From NCBI GenBank assembly GCA_963705305.1, contig OY970067.1, positions 3,520,001-3,584,000 on the forward strand: a DNA stretch of 64,000 bases. The letters run 5' to 3'. The stretch comes from an uncultured Methylomirabilota bacterium (GTDB lineage Bacteria > Methylomirabilota > Methylomirabilia > Methylomirabilales > 2-02-FULL-66-22). The notes under the pieces are model-generated. The model was not told the origin of the DNA, searched no databases, and was given only the letters and a program-made list of their open reading frames with translations. Below, one piece after another: positions 42,238 through 51,396 of this stretch; positions within the stretch are counted from its first letter, which is position 1, and each line of letters starts with the position of its first letter. Made by a program: the position numbers and the translations under genes.

Positions 42238-43692
42238 ATGAGCCCCACGGGTGGGCAGCCGGTCATTCGGGGCGCCCGGTTCTTCCTGGCGCACGCGCCG
42301 GGCCTCGTCCGCTACGGCTCGAAGCCCCGCCGGGAACTCGCCAAGGATGCCGCCCTCCTCGACCGCCTTACCCCGCACCTCCGCGCGTGGGATGGGGCGG
42401 CCGCGTACCCGCCGAACCAGGCATTCCTCGGCGGCATCTACCCGGACGACCTCGCCGCCATCCCCCGCCCCTGGTTTACAGGGGATCGCGCCCCTCTCCG
42501 CCGCCACCCCCACGGCGAGCTCATGCCGGAGGAGGAGTTCTACGGCCTCCTGAAGCTCTGCGACTGCTTCGATCTCCTGGCACTCGAGACCTCGTTCGCT
42601 GCCGAGGCAGCCACCGCGCTGGCGGCGCACCCCGATCTGCGGCCCGAGGAATCGGCTCGGGTCGCGGGAGGCGCGACCCTCGGGAGCATCGAAGCCGAAG
42701 TGGGGGGCCCGCAGCAGACGCTCCCGCTCTTCCTCCGCTCGGGCCGACTGGTGGGGTGCATCCGGCGGGGGCACGAGGAGGATACCGCCCTCACCGCCGA
42801 TCTCCTGCTCGAGAACCTCGCGTGCAAGGCGACCGCCACGATGGCCCTCCGGCAACTCCTCCGCGAGCAGGTGGTGGATCCGGGCCGCATTGAATACGTC
42901 ATCAACTGCGGCGAGGAGGCCGTGGGGGACCGGTACCAGCGGGGCGGCGGAAACCTCGCGAAAGCGGTTGCCGAGATGTGCGGGTGTGGGGAGGCAACCG
43001 GCTCGGACATCAAAGCGTTCTGCTGCGCACCGGTGCACGCCTTGGTCCTAGCTGGGGCGCTGGTTGCCGCGGGCGTCTACAGGCAGGTGGCCGTGGTCGC
43101 GGGCTGCTCCCTGGCGAAGCTCGGGATGAAATTCCAGGGGCACCTCGCCAAGGGACAGCCTGTGCTCGAAGACGTGCTCGCAGGGGCCGCAGCGCTCGTG
43201 AGCCAGGACGACGGATGTTCACCCGTGCTGCGCCTTGACTCGGTCGGCCGCCACCCCGTGCAGGCCGAGGGCGCCCAGCAGCGCATCCTCGAGGCCCTCG
43301 TGGAAGAGCCCCTCCGGCGGCTGGGGCTCCGGTTCGGCGACGTCGACAAGTACGCCACGGAGCTGCACAACCCGGAGGTCACGGAGCCGTCCGGCAGCGG
43401 CAATGTCCCCCTGCTGAACTACCGCCTCATCGCCGCTATGGCGCTCCGCGCCAAAGAACTCGATCGCGCCGGCCTCTCGGACTTCGTCCAGCGGCACGGG
43501 CTTCCGGGCTACGCGCCGACGCAGGGACACATCGCGTCGGCCATCCCCTTTCTCGGCCACGCATACGACCGGCTGACCGTCGGCACGATGACGCGAGCCA
43601 TGTTCCTGGCCAAAGGGAGCCTCTTCCTGGGCCGGATGACACAGATGTCCGACGGGCTGTCATTCGTTCTTGAGCGCAATCCCCGGGCCTGA
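42238..43692 (+). CDS. grdC: Glycine/sarcosine/betaine reductase component C beta subunit (FabH-like fold)
   Basis: YPPNQ, ENLACKAT, EEAVGDRYQRGGGNLAKA, KLGM, GYAPTQGHI, KGSLFLGRMT. Confidence 0.92.
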   Translation: MSPTGGQPVIRGARFFLAHAPGLVRYGSKPRRELAKDAALLDRLTPHLRAWDGAAAYPPNQAFLGGIYPDDLAAIPRPWFTGDRAPLRRHPHGELMPEEEFYGLLKLCDCFDLLALETSFAAEAATALAAHPDLRPEESARVAGGATLGSIEAEVGGPQQTLPLFLRSGRLVGCIRRGHEEDTALTADLLLENLACKATATMALRQLLREQVVDPGRIEYVINCGEEAVGDRYQRGGGNLAKAVAEMCGCGEATGSDIKAFCCAPVHALVLAGALVAAGVYRQVAVVAGCSLAKLGMKFQGHLAKGQPVLEDVLAGAAALVSQDDGCSPVLRLDSVGRHPVQAEGAQQRILEALVEEPLRRLGLRFGDVDKYATELHNPEVTEPSGSGNVPLLNYRLIAAMALRAKELDRAGLSDFVQRHGLPGYAPTQGHIASAIPFLGHAYDRLTVGTMTRAMFLAKGSLFLGRMTQMSDGLSFVLERNPRA

Positions 43693-43728
43693 CGCACGGG
43701 ATCGAGAGGCAGAAGGAGGTCGACCGCG

Positions 43729-44178
43729 ATGGAGCTTCGAGGTAAGAAGGTGATCGCGATTGGCGAGCGCGACGGGGTGGCCGGCTCGGCCATCGCCGCG
43801 TGCGCCAAGAGCGCAGGGGCTAGTGTCGTCTACGAGATGACGCACTGCTTCGTCTGAACGGCCGCCGGCGCACTTGACCTGGAGGGTCAAGAGGCAATCA
43901 AAACCACCGTGGCCAGGGTGGGCGCCGAGAACCTCATCGTCCTGCTAGGTACACCGAACCCAGAGAGCAGCGAGCTGTTCGCCGTCACGCTCAGCGAAGG
44001 CGACCCGACGTGGGCGGGACCGCTCGCGGGTGTTCGCCTGGGGCTCCCAGTCTTCCACATCACCGAGCCAGACATCCGAGGCCAGATTCCAGAGGACGTG
44101 TACGAGGCGCAAGTCGGCTTGGCTGAGGCCGTGCTCGACACCGACGCCATTGCCGGCGTGCTCCGCGCCCGACGGTGA
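43729..44178 (+). CDS. grdA: Reductase complex selenoprotein A (149 aa, Sec at codon 43, TGA 43855-43857)
   Basis: [20 protein letters not shown]...[15 protein letters not shown]...[25 protein letters not shown]-like hairpin follows. Confidence 0.93.
43873..43891 (+). promoter_or_regulatory. Putative SECIS element of grdA
   Basis: CTTGACC-TGGAG-GGTCAAG, 15 nt after UGA. Confidence 0.7.
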
Positions 44179-44234
44179 ATCGTCCTGGGCGAAGGGACGG
44201 CGGGAGCCCCTCGCCATATGGAGAGGAGGAGGAC

Positions 44235-45251
44235 ATGGAGCGCCACAGTTCGCTTGGAATCCTACTGATCGCCGTCGGCATTCTGCTCGTGTCCGGGTTG
44301 ACGGCGGGACCCGCGGCTGAGGCCCAGGCGAAGAAGATCGTGATGAAGTTCGGCACCGTCTTACCCAACGGCAGCGGCGAGGACCAGGGTGCCCACAAGT
44401 TCGCGGAGCTGGTGGCGCAGAAGACGGGCGAGCAGGCCGAAGTGCAGGTGTTCCCGAACTCGCAGCTCGGCGATGCGAAGAGCCAGCTCCAGGCGGTGGC
44501 CGTCGGCGGCCAGGACTTCTTCATGGACGGCATCGGCTGGTACGTCAGCTTCGACAAGGACTGGACCCCCTTCGCGCTGTGCTTCGCCATTCAGGACCGG
44601 GACGCGTTGCTCCGGGTGCTGGATTCCCCGGTCGGCCGCGAGGTGGAAAGCCGCCTGCTGAAGAAGGGGATCCGCGTAGCAGCGCACAACTGGTGGAAAG
44701 GAGAGCGCTCGCTGATTTCGCGGAAGCCGGTCCGGAGCCTCGCCGAGGCCCAGAACATTATGATGCGCGTGCCGAGCAAGGCGTTTTTCCTCGCCTGGCA
44801 AGGGATCGGGACCCGGCCGACCATCACCGCGACCTCCGAGATATTCACCGCCCTCCAGCAGGGTGTCGTCGACGCCGCCGAGAGCCCCATCATGGACATG
44901 TATACGCTGAAGCTCTACGAACCGGCGCCGCATATCACGCTGACCCGCCACCTGCAGAACATGGCTGCGGTGTCGGTGAGCGAGAAACTGTACGAGACCT
45001 GGCCCCCGAACGTGCAGAAGGCGGTGCTCGAGGCGGCCCGCGAGGCGGGCGAGGCTGAATACGGGTACGAGCTCGCCCACACGAAAGATGCCGTGGCCCA
45101 GATGAAGGCCGCGGGCGTGGCCGTTTACGAGCCCCTGCCGTCGCGGGAAGCGTGGTTCGCGAAGGTGGCGAACCTCCCGGAGAAACTCGAGGCGCAGGGG
45201 GAGTGGAGCAAGGGGCTCTGGGCCCGCATCCAGGCGGCGATCAAGCAGTGA
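44235..45251 (+). CDS. dctP: TRAP transporter substrate-binding protein
   Basis: Signal peptide, FPNSQLG, MRVP, ALQQGVVDAAE. Confidence 0.92.
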   Translation: MERHSSLGILLIAVGILLVSGLTAGPAAEAQAKKIVMKFGTVLPNGSGEDQGAHKFAELVAQKTGEQAEVQVFPNSQLGDAKSQLQAVAVGGQDFFMDGIGWYVSFDKDWTPFALCFAIQDRDALLRVLDSPVGREVESRLLKKGIRVAAHNWWKGERSLISRKPVRSLAEAQNIMMRVPSKAFFLAWQGIGTRPTITATSEIFTALQQGVVDAAESPIMDMYTLKLYEPAPHITLTRHLQNMAAVSVSEKLYETWPPNVQKAVLEAAREAGEAEYGYELAHTKDAVAQMKAAGVAVYEPLPSREAWFAKVANLPEKLEAQGEWSKGLWARIQAAIKQ

Positions 45252-45409
45252 CTTGCGGCGCGTGGGGGGTCTGGACCGGGTGCTCCTCAGAGGCATCGCC
45301 GATCGGTGAGCGGCCTGTCTCGGGCAGCGTGAGAGTGCTCCGACTTCACCCACCGCGCGCACCTTTTCGGCCAGAGAAGCCAGCGACTCATCTGTAGGAG
45401 ATATGACAG

Positions 45410-45955
45410 GTGGCGCGTGCAGGGCGGTACCTGCGGTGGGTGGGCGGCAACCTGGAAGAGATCGCTGGCTGCGCCTTCTTCGTCGGCATGGTCGGCAGCG
45501 TGAGCATCGGCGTCCTCTTCCGGTACGGGATCCGCCGCCCGCTCCTCTGGACGGAGGATGTCTCCACGCTCTGCTTCGTCTGGACGGTATTCCTCGGCAC
45601 AGCCGCGACGGCCAAGCACCGCACCTACCTCGCCGTCGATGCACTCATCGTGCACTTCCCGACGCCGCTTCAGCGTGCCATAGCGCTGCTCATCGACCTG
45701 TTGACGGTGGCACTCACGGGGGCCATCGCCGTTTTGGGGGTCCAGTACGCGCTGAGCCAGCAGGGGGTCACCACCGAGGCACTCGAGCTCCCGACAATGT
45801 GGTACGCTTTCGCGGTCCCCGTGTGGGGTGTGCTCGCGTGCGGCTACGCCGTCCGCGATTTCGTCCGGCACCTTCGGACCCCAGCGCTCGGGCCCTCCCC
45901 TGCTCGGGGGGGTCCGCTCCCCGGCTTCGTGAGCAGCGGCGGAGCGGGCCGATGA
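45410..45955 (+). CDS. dctQ: TRAP transporter small permease
   Basis: FRYG...PLLWTED, W.VFLG, four TM segments. Confidence 0.85.
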   Translation: MARAGRYLRWVGGNLEEIAGCAFFVGMVGSVSIGVLFRYGIRRPLLWTEDVSTLCFVWTVFLGTAATAKHRTYLAVDALIVHFPTPLQRAIALLIDLLTVALTGAIAVLGVQYALSQQGVTTEALELPTMWYAFAVPVWGVLACGYAVRDFVRHLRTPALGPSPARGGPLPGFVSSGGAGR

Positions 45956-47232
45956 ATGCGCTGTGGCTGGTCTTGGCCTTCCTGCTGTTTCTCCTCCTCG
46001 GCACCCCCGTCGGTTACGCCCTGGGTTTTGCGTCGTTCTTCTACCTGTTATTTCTCAATCACCTCCCGCTCATCATGGTGGCGCAGCGGCTCACAGCCTC
46101 CCTTGACAACTTCGTGCTCATGGCCGTGCCCTTCTTCATCCTGGCCGGCAACCTCATGAACACGGGGGGCATCACCGACCGGCTGGTGCGGTTCGCGATG
46201 AACACGGTCGGGCACGTTCGCGGTGGCCTCGCGCACACCACCATCGTCACCAACATGATCATGGCGGGGATGTCCGGATCCGCGGTGGCCGATTGCGCGG
46301 GGACCGGGATCGTACTCATTCCCGCGATGCAGAAGGAGGGGTATCCCAGCGAGGTAGCCGCCGGTGTCACGGCCTCAGCGGCCACCATTGGGCCGATCAT
46401 CCCCCCCAGCATTCCCATGGTGCTCTACGGCGCCATGGCGGGCGCCTCGATCACGAAGCTCTTCGTGGCCGGGTTCCTGCCGGGCGTGCTCATGGGCCTC
46501 GCCCTGATGACGATGGTGTACCTACGGGCGAACCGCTGGGGCCTCGGGGCTCACCGGCGGGCGTCTTTTGCCGAGTGGCTTCGGGCCCTCTGGCACGCGC
46601 TCCTGCCCCTTGGGCTCCCGGGCGTGATCATGGGCGGGATCCTGTTTGGGGTCTTCACGCCAACGGAGGCGGCGGCCATTGCCGCAGTGTACGCGGCCGC
46701 GTTGGGGACGTTCGTGTACCACGAGATGGGCGCCAAGTCGACGCTCCTGGTGGCCCGGGACTCGCTGTACCGCACCGCGACCGTGCTGTTCATTTTTGCA
46801 AACGCGGTGGTCTTCTCTTGGCTCATCACGGTCGAGCGGGTGCCGGACCTGGCCAGCAACTGGGTGCTGGGGGTGACGCATAGCCCCGCCTTGGTGCTCC
46901 TCATCATCAATGTGTTCCTACTCATCGCGGGGTGCCTCCTCGACCCCACACCGATCTTGCTAATTACGGTGCCCGTTCTGGCGCCGCTCGCCTCGAAGGT
47001 GGGCATCGATCTCGTGCACTTCGGGGTCGTCATGGTCCTCAACTTAATGATCGGGCTCCTCATGCCGCCCATGGGACTCAACCTCTACATTGTTTCCGAC
47101 ATCTCGCACATCCCCTATTCGCGGGCCCTGCGCGGGACCGCACCGTTCGTCGTCCCGCTCCTGATCGTGCTGGCCCTGATCACGTACGTCCCCCAGGTGG
47201 TCATGTGGCTGCCGGGACTGCTTTTGAAATGA
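45952..47232 (+). CDS. dctM: TRAP transporter large permease
   Basis: MAVPFFILAG, MSGSAVAD, IIPPSIP, FTPTEA, MPPMG. Confidence 0.93.
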   Translation: MNALWLVLAFLLFLLLGTPVGYALGFASFFYLLFLNHLPLIMVAQRLTASLDNFVLMAVPFFILAGNLMNTGGITDRLVRFAMNTVGHVRGGLAHTTIVTNMIMAGMSGSAVADCAGTGIVLIPAMQKEGYPSEVAAGVTASAATIGPIIPPSIPMVLYGAMAGASITKLFVAGFLPGVLMGLALMTMVYLRANRWGLGAHRRASFAEWLRALWHALLPLGLPGVIMGGILFGVFTPTEAAAIAAVYAAALGTFVYHEMGAKSTLLVARDSLYRTATVLFIFANAVVFSWLITVERVPDLASNWVLGVTHSPALVLLIINVFLLIAGCLLDPTPILLITVPVLAPLASKVGIDLVHFGVVMVLNLMIGLLMPPMGLNLYIVSDISHIPYSRALRGTAPFVVPLLIVLALITYVPQVVMWLPGLLLK

Positions 47233-47244
47233 GGAGGTGAAGCG

Positions 47245-47505
47245 ATGGCCCACGTCACGGTCTACACGAACTTCGGGTGAGGGGGGTGCCACCGAGCGAT
47301 GGAGTTTCTGTCGCAGAAGTCCGTCCCGTTCACCGAGAAGAACATCGGGCGCGACCCGGAGGCCCGGCGAGAGCTCCTGGCTATGGGACTGACGTCGCTC
47401 CCCGTGATCGTCATCGGGAATCAGAAGCTCTCGGGATTTGATCCTGCGCGCATTGCCGCCGCGCTGGCGGAGTCGGCAGAGAAAAGTCACTCCAAAGAAG
47501 CGTAA
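47245..47505 (+). CDS. Glutaredoxin/NrdH-like selenoprotein (86 aa, UxxC, TGA 47278-47280)
   Basis: GAGGAGGT SD; MAHVTVYTNFG-U-GGCHRAMEFL...SLPVIVIG...GFD is a Grx fold with the first Cys position encoded by TGA; hairpin follows. Confidence 0.88.
47296..47314 (+). promoter_or_regulatory. Putative SECIS element of the glutaredoxin-like gene
   Basis: GCGATGGA-GTT-TCTGTCGC (two G-U pairs), 15 nt after UGA. Confidence 0.55.
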
Positions 47506-47711
47506 CGCATACTTCGTACTGTTGCTCATGAAGGGGATCGTGAAGTTGGGAGCTGTAGCGCGTGTGGGAGCGTAGAAAAGGGGAGAGAACACCAGAATCC
47601 TGTGTGACGCCGTGGCCTCCGAGCGCCTCACCACAGACGAAAGCGGTATAGGTCGTGGCGGAGTGTTCGCCCTTGCGGTCTGACGTTTGGGCGTGGGGTG
47701 ACGGAGGGCCC

Positions 47712-47727
47712 TGTGATTTCATTCACT
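47712..47727. promoter_or_regulatory. CRP/FNR-family-like box
   Basis: TGTGA-N6-TCACT upstream of dctP. Confidence 0.4.
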
Positions 47728-47844
47728 ATCGGTCCCGAAAGCGTGCGAAAGGAGGTGGTGCCTGCGAAGATGAGCGCGGCGAATCCGCTCTAGGCGTTGG
47801 CGTGACTCCTTCAATGTCTGCCACTTATCGGGAGGTACGACTCA

Positions 47845-48849
47845 ATGGGATCCCAGGCGCCGCATCGAAACTCCATTTTGCGCATAGCGTTGGCTGCCGC
47901 GGTAGTCGTCCTAGTTGCGGCCGCCGGTCCCGCCTGGGCCGCCGCCAAGGTCATTCGGCTGGGGGACAGCGGGACCGAGCAGAACCCGCAGTTTCGGGCT
48001 CATCAGTTCTTGGCCAAACGGATCTCTGAGCTGACGAACGGTCAAATTGAAGTCAAAATCTTCATGAATGCGCAGCTCGGCGGCCACACGCAGATGAACG
48101 AACAGGTGGCCGAGGGTGCCCTGGAACTCGCCAAGGCCCCCAGCGCCTTCATGAGCACCTATGACAAACGGATGTCCATCTGGAGCCTGCCGTACTCCTT
48201 CTCAAGCCTCGAAAAACTCTACGCTGCGGAGGACGGGAGGCTTGGGCAGGCGTATGCGGCAATTGGCGAGAAGTACGGCTTCAAACTGCTCTCCTTCTAT
48301 CACGCGGGCACCCGGGACATCTACAACAAGAAAGGCCCCATCAGAACGTCCGATGACCTGAAAAATCTCCACATCCGCCTGCGGGTCATGCCGGACCCGG
48401 TAATGATTGACGCCCTGAACGCGATGGGAGCCCAGGCGACGCCGATGGAGGCGAACGAAGTCTACAACGGCATCCAGCAGGGCGTCATTGACGGGGCCGA
48501 GAACTCCATCACATGGTACCTCACCATGAAGCACTTTGAGGTGGCCCCCTATTTTTCGCTCACGCATCATTTCTACAGCGTCGACACCATCGTCGTGAGC
48601 ATGCGCTGGTTCGAGCAACAGACGCCGGAAATTCAGCGAGCGTTCGTCCAGGCAGGGAAAGAGACCACCTTGTTTGAGCGGAGGGCCTGGGCCGAGGATG
48701 AGCAGAAGAGCTACGCGAAGGCCAAGGCTGCCGGCATCAAGATCAACGAGGTCGACATCGCATCCTTCCAGAAGGCGGTGAAGCCGGTGCTGGAGAAGTA
48801 CGGGCCGTCCCTCGGAGACCTGTACACGATCCTCAAGGAATACCAGTAG
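47845..48849 (+). CDS. dctP: TRAP transporter substrate-binding protein
   Basis: Signal peptide, NAQLG, LRVMP, QQGVIDGAEN. Confidence 0.92.
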   Translation: MGSQAPHRNSILRIALAAAVVVLVAAAGPAWAAAKVIRLGDSGTEQNPQFRAHQFLAKRISELTNGQIEVKIFMNAQLGGHTQMNEQVAEGALELAKAPSAFMSTYDKRMSIWSLPYSFSSLEKLYAAEDGRLGQAYAAIGEKYGFKLLSFYHAGTRDIYNKKGPIRTSDDLKNLHIRLRVMPDPVMIDALNAMGAQATPMEANEVYNGIQQGVIDGAENSITWYLTMKHFEVAPYFSLTHHFYSVDTIVVSMRWFEQQTPEIQRAFVQAGKETTLFERRAWAEDEQKSYAKAKAAGIKINEVDIASFQKAVKPVLEKYGPSLGDLYTILKEYQ

Positions 48850-48878
48850 AAGCGATCCCCCTGCCAACCTCCGTCCTA

Positions 48879-49073
48879 GCCGTTACACAAAGGTGTTGAT
48901 AACGGTCGGCGTTTCGCTAGTAACGGCATGAATTGGTTGACCGAATCGGAACGCCTTGTCGGGGAAGAAATCTTCCTCGATGTCAGCTCAATCCGAAAAG
49001 GACGGAATGCGCTGTAACCACAGAGGAATCGCGCCTATTGACAAGCGAATCTTCAACACCTTTGTGTAGCGGG
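48879..49073. mobile_element. MITE-like element (~195 bp)
   Basis: TIRs CCGTTACACAAAGGTGTTGA / TCAACACCTTTGTGTAGCGG; TA (or TAG) on both sides; no ORF. Confidence 0.7.
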
Positions 49074-49579
49074 TAGACCTCCGTCCGGGGCTGGGGAGGG
49101 GGCTCGACACCGAATGGATGATTGCCGGCCACCCCGCGAGCTTGGCCAGCGGGCCGAGAGAGGTTAGATAGAGGCAATTCCTATGGTCTAGGCGATCATG
49201 CGTCGGTGCAAAGGGAAGATGCCGGAACCTGAAGCTGTCGTTCAGGAGCTTAGAAGGAGGGGGGTGGTCCGGAGTTCTTTTTCGCTTGGCTGCCGCGGGC
49301 GCATAACCAGGGGCTGCCCAATGCAAGCCCGGAAGTTATGTGCCCGCGGCATGCACGACTTGAGGCTTCCCTGGTGAAGAGTGCGTCAAAATGCGGGGTC
49401 CACATTCATGCCCAGTAACCAATTGAATGTGCGCAGAAGGATGGCTTTGTTTGCCCAGTGTGAATCGTTCATCCGCAGTGCCTTTTCCATGGCCCTGGAC
49501 GCATTTTCAATATGGGATTGCGTGAGAGAATTGGCATGCCCACGGTAGTAGTTCCGTTGAAAAATGGGGGACTTCTGAC

Positions 49580-50107
49580 GTGACAGCGACCACGTACCCC
49601 GACGAGCGGGCGCAACTCTCGTGCCTCGATCGAATCAACCGGATGGTCGCCCTGGCAGAAAACGTGCTGGGTATCGCCCTGGTAGTCACAGTGGTGATCG
49701 TGGTGAGCATGCAGGTCGGGTTTCGGTACTTCCTGAACCAGCCCCTCTCCTGGTCTGGTGAGACCGCCACGTACCTCCTGGTCTGGACGACGTTTCTCGG
49801 GATGGCTGTCGCTCAGCGAGAAAGAGCCCACGTGGCCATGCAGGTGCTGCCCACGATGCCCCGATTGGCTCAGCGGACGGTGGATTGGATCTGCTGGCTG
49901 GCTACTTTTGGCATGTTTCTGTCGCTGGGTCTGGGGGGACTCGAGCTTGCGTTCTTGCACCACATCCAGCGGTCACCCGCCACAGGTCTGCCGATTTGGG
50001 TTGTCTACACCGCAGTCCCCGTGGGCGGCGCCTTGGGGATCTGGCACACCGTCCAGGATCTGCCGGGGCTCATCCGCGGAGCGGAAAGGCCGAAGGGATG
50101 GCACTAG
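49580..50107 (+). CDS. dctQ: TRAP transporter small permease
   Basis: QVGFRYFLNQPLSWSGE, WTTFLG, HVAM. Confidence 0.88.
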   Translation: MTATTYPDERAQLSCLDRINRMVALAENVLGIALVVTVVIVVSMQVGFRYFLNQPLSWSGETATYLLVWTTFLGMAVAQRERAHVAMQVLPTMPRLAQRTVDWICWLATFGMFLSLGLGGLELAFLHHIQRSPATGLPIWVVYTAVPVGGALGIWHTVQDLPGLIRGAERPKGWH

Positions 50108-51396
50108 TCCTCACGATCGGATTTCTTGCGCTCCTGCTGCTGGGCGCGCCCATCCTGGCGGCCATGAGCTTGGGGACATGGCTGTCGCTTGTGACATACA
50201 GCCGGCCTTCCTACCTGCTGGCACAAACCGCCTTCTACGGGATCAGTTCTTTCACCCTGCTCGCCATCCCGCTGTTCGTGCTGGCCGGCGAGATTATGGA
50301 CAAGGGCGGCATCTCCGCGCGCTTGGCGCGATTCGTCATCATGCTGGTGGGCTGGCTCCCCGGGGGCTTGGGCATCTCGGTGGTGCTCACCACCATGCTT
50401 TTCTCCGGGATCTCGGGCTCCGTCAACGCCGACGCAGCCGCGATCGGCTCGGTAATGCTGCCCATGATGCACGAGGCGGGGTACCGAAAAGAGTGGGCGT
50501 CCTCGATTGTGGCCGCGTCGGCCGGGACTGGCATCCTAATCCCGCCCTCGATCACCATGATCGTACTGGGGACCATTGCCAATTTGTCCATTAAGCAGCT
50601 GTTCCTAGCCTCCCTGCTTCCGGCCGCCCTCATCGGCCTCTCCAAGGCGGTCGTTATCTGGTACAAAGCCAGAATGGGGTGGGAGCGGAGCCAAGAACGC
50701 GTGGTCTTTTCCTGGCGGCAGATGCTGTCGGCGACGCTGGAGGCGATTCCCGCCCTCATTGCGCCCGGAATTATCATGGGCGGAATCCTCTCAGGCATCT
50801 TCACGGCGACAGAGGCCGCTGCGGTGGCGGTCCTGTATGCAATCCTCGTCAGCGTCGTACTCTATGGTGAGATTACCTGGCAGAAGATGGGAAGCATGCT
50901 GGTCGCGACCGTCCGCCTGAGCGGGGTGGTCATCGGGCTTGTCGGAGCGGCCTCGGCCATCGCCTATGTCATGGCATATACGGAAGCCTCGAACCAATTG
51001 GCCGCGCTCGCGAGCGGTGTCATCGACCACTACCTGCTGTTCATCACGCTGCTCACGGCCCTCTTCTGGGTGCTCGGCGCCATGCTGGACGGCATCCCAG
51101 CCCTCGTGATCCTGATCCCGGTGTTCATGCCTCTCGCGGAGAAAGCGGGGATGCACCCTATTCACTTCGCGATCTTCTCTCTTGCGGTGTTTGGCATCTC
51201 ACTGGTGACCCCCCCACTGGGGACGGCCTGCTTCGTGGTGACCTCCTTGGCTGGGATAGAGATGAAACGGCTCATCTGGCCGATGCTTCCTTTCCTGGCC
51301 ATCATGTTCGGTACAATCCTAATCCTGTCATACGTTCCCTGGTTCTCCCTTGCACTGCCCAAGCTTTGGGGTGGATTGATCGTAATTCCGCAATGA
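50098..51396 (+). CDS. dctM: TRAP transporter large permease
   Basis: LLAIPLFVLAG, ISGSVNAD, LIPPSI, FTATEA, TPPLG. Confidence 0.93.
   Translation: MALVLTIGFLALLLLGAPILAAMSLGTWLSLVTYSRPSYLLAQTAFYGISSFTLLAIPLFVLAGEIMDKGGISARLARFVIMLVGWLPGGLGISVVLTTMLFSGISGSVNADAAAIGSVMLPMMHEAGYRKEWASSIVAASAGTGILIPPSITMIVLGTIANLSIKQLFLASLLPAALIGLSKAVVIWYKARMGWERSQERVVFSWRQMLSATLEAIPALIAPGIIMGGILSGIFTATEAAAVAVLYAILVSVVLYGEITWQKMGSMLVATVRLSGVVIGLVGAASAIAYVMAYTEASNQLAALASGVIDHYLLFITLLTALFWVLGAMLDGIPALVILIPVFMPLAEKAGMHPIHFAIFSLAVFGISLVTPPLGTACFVVTSLAGIEMKRLIWPMLPFLAIMFGTILILSYVPWFSLALPKLWGGLIVIPQ

Noticed and set aside
40702..43038. Long antisense ORFs (778 aa here and many similar ones)
   Set aside because: Shadow frames of real GC-rich genes with no recognisable motifs
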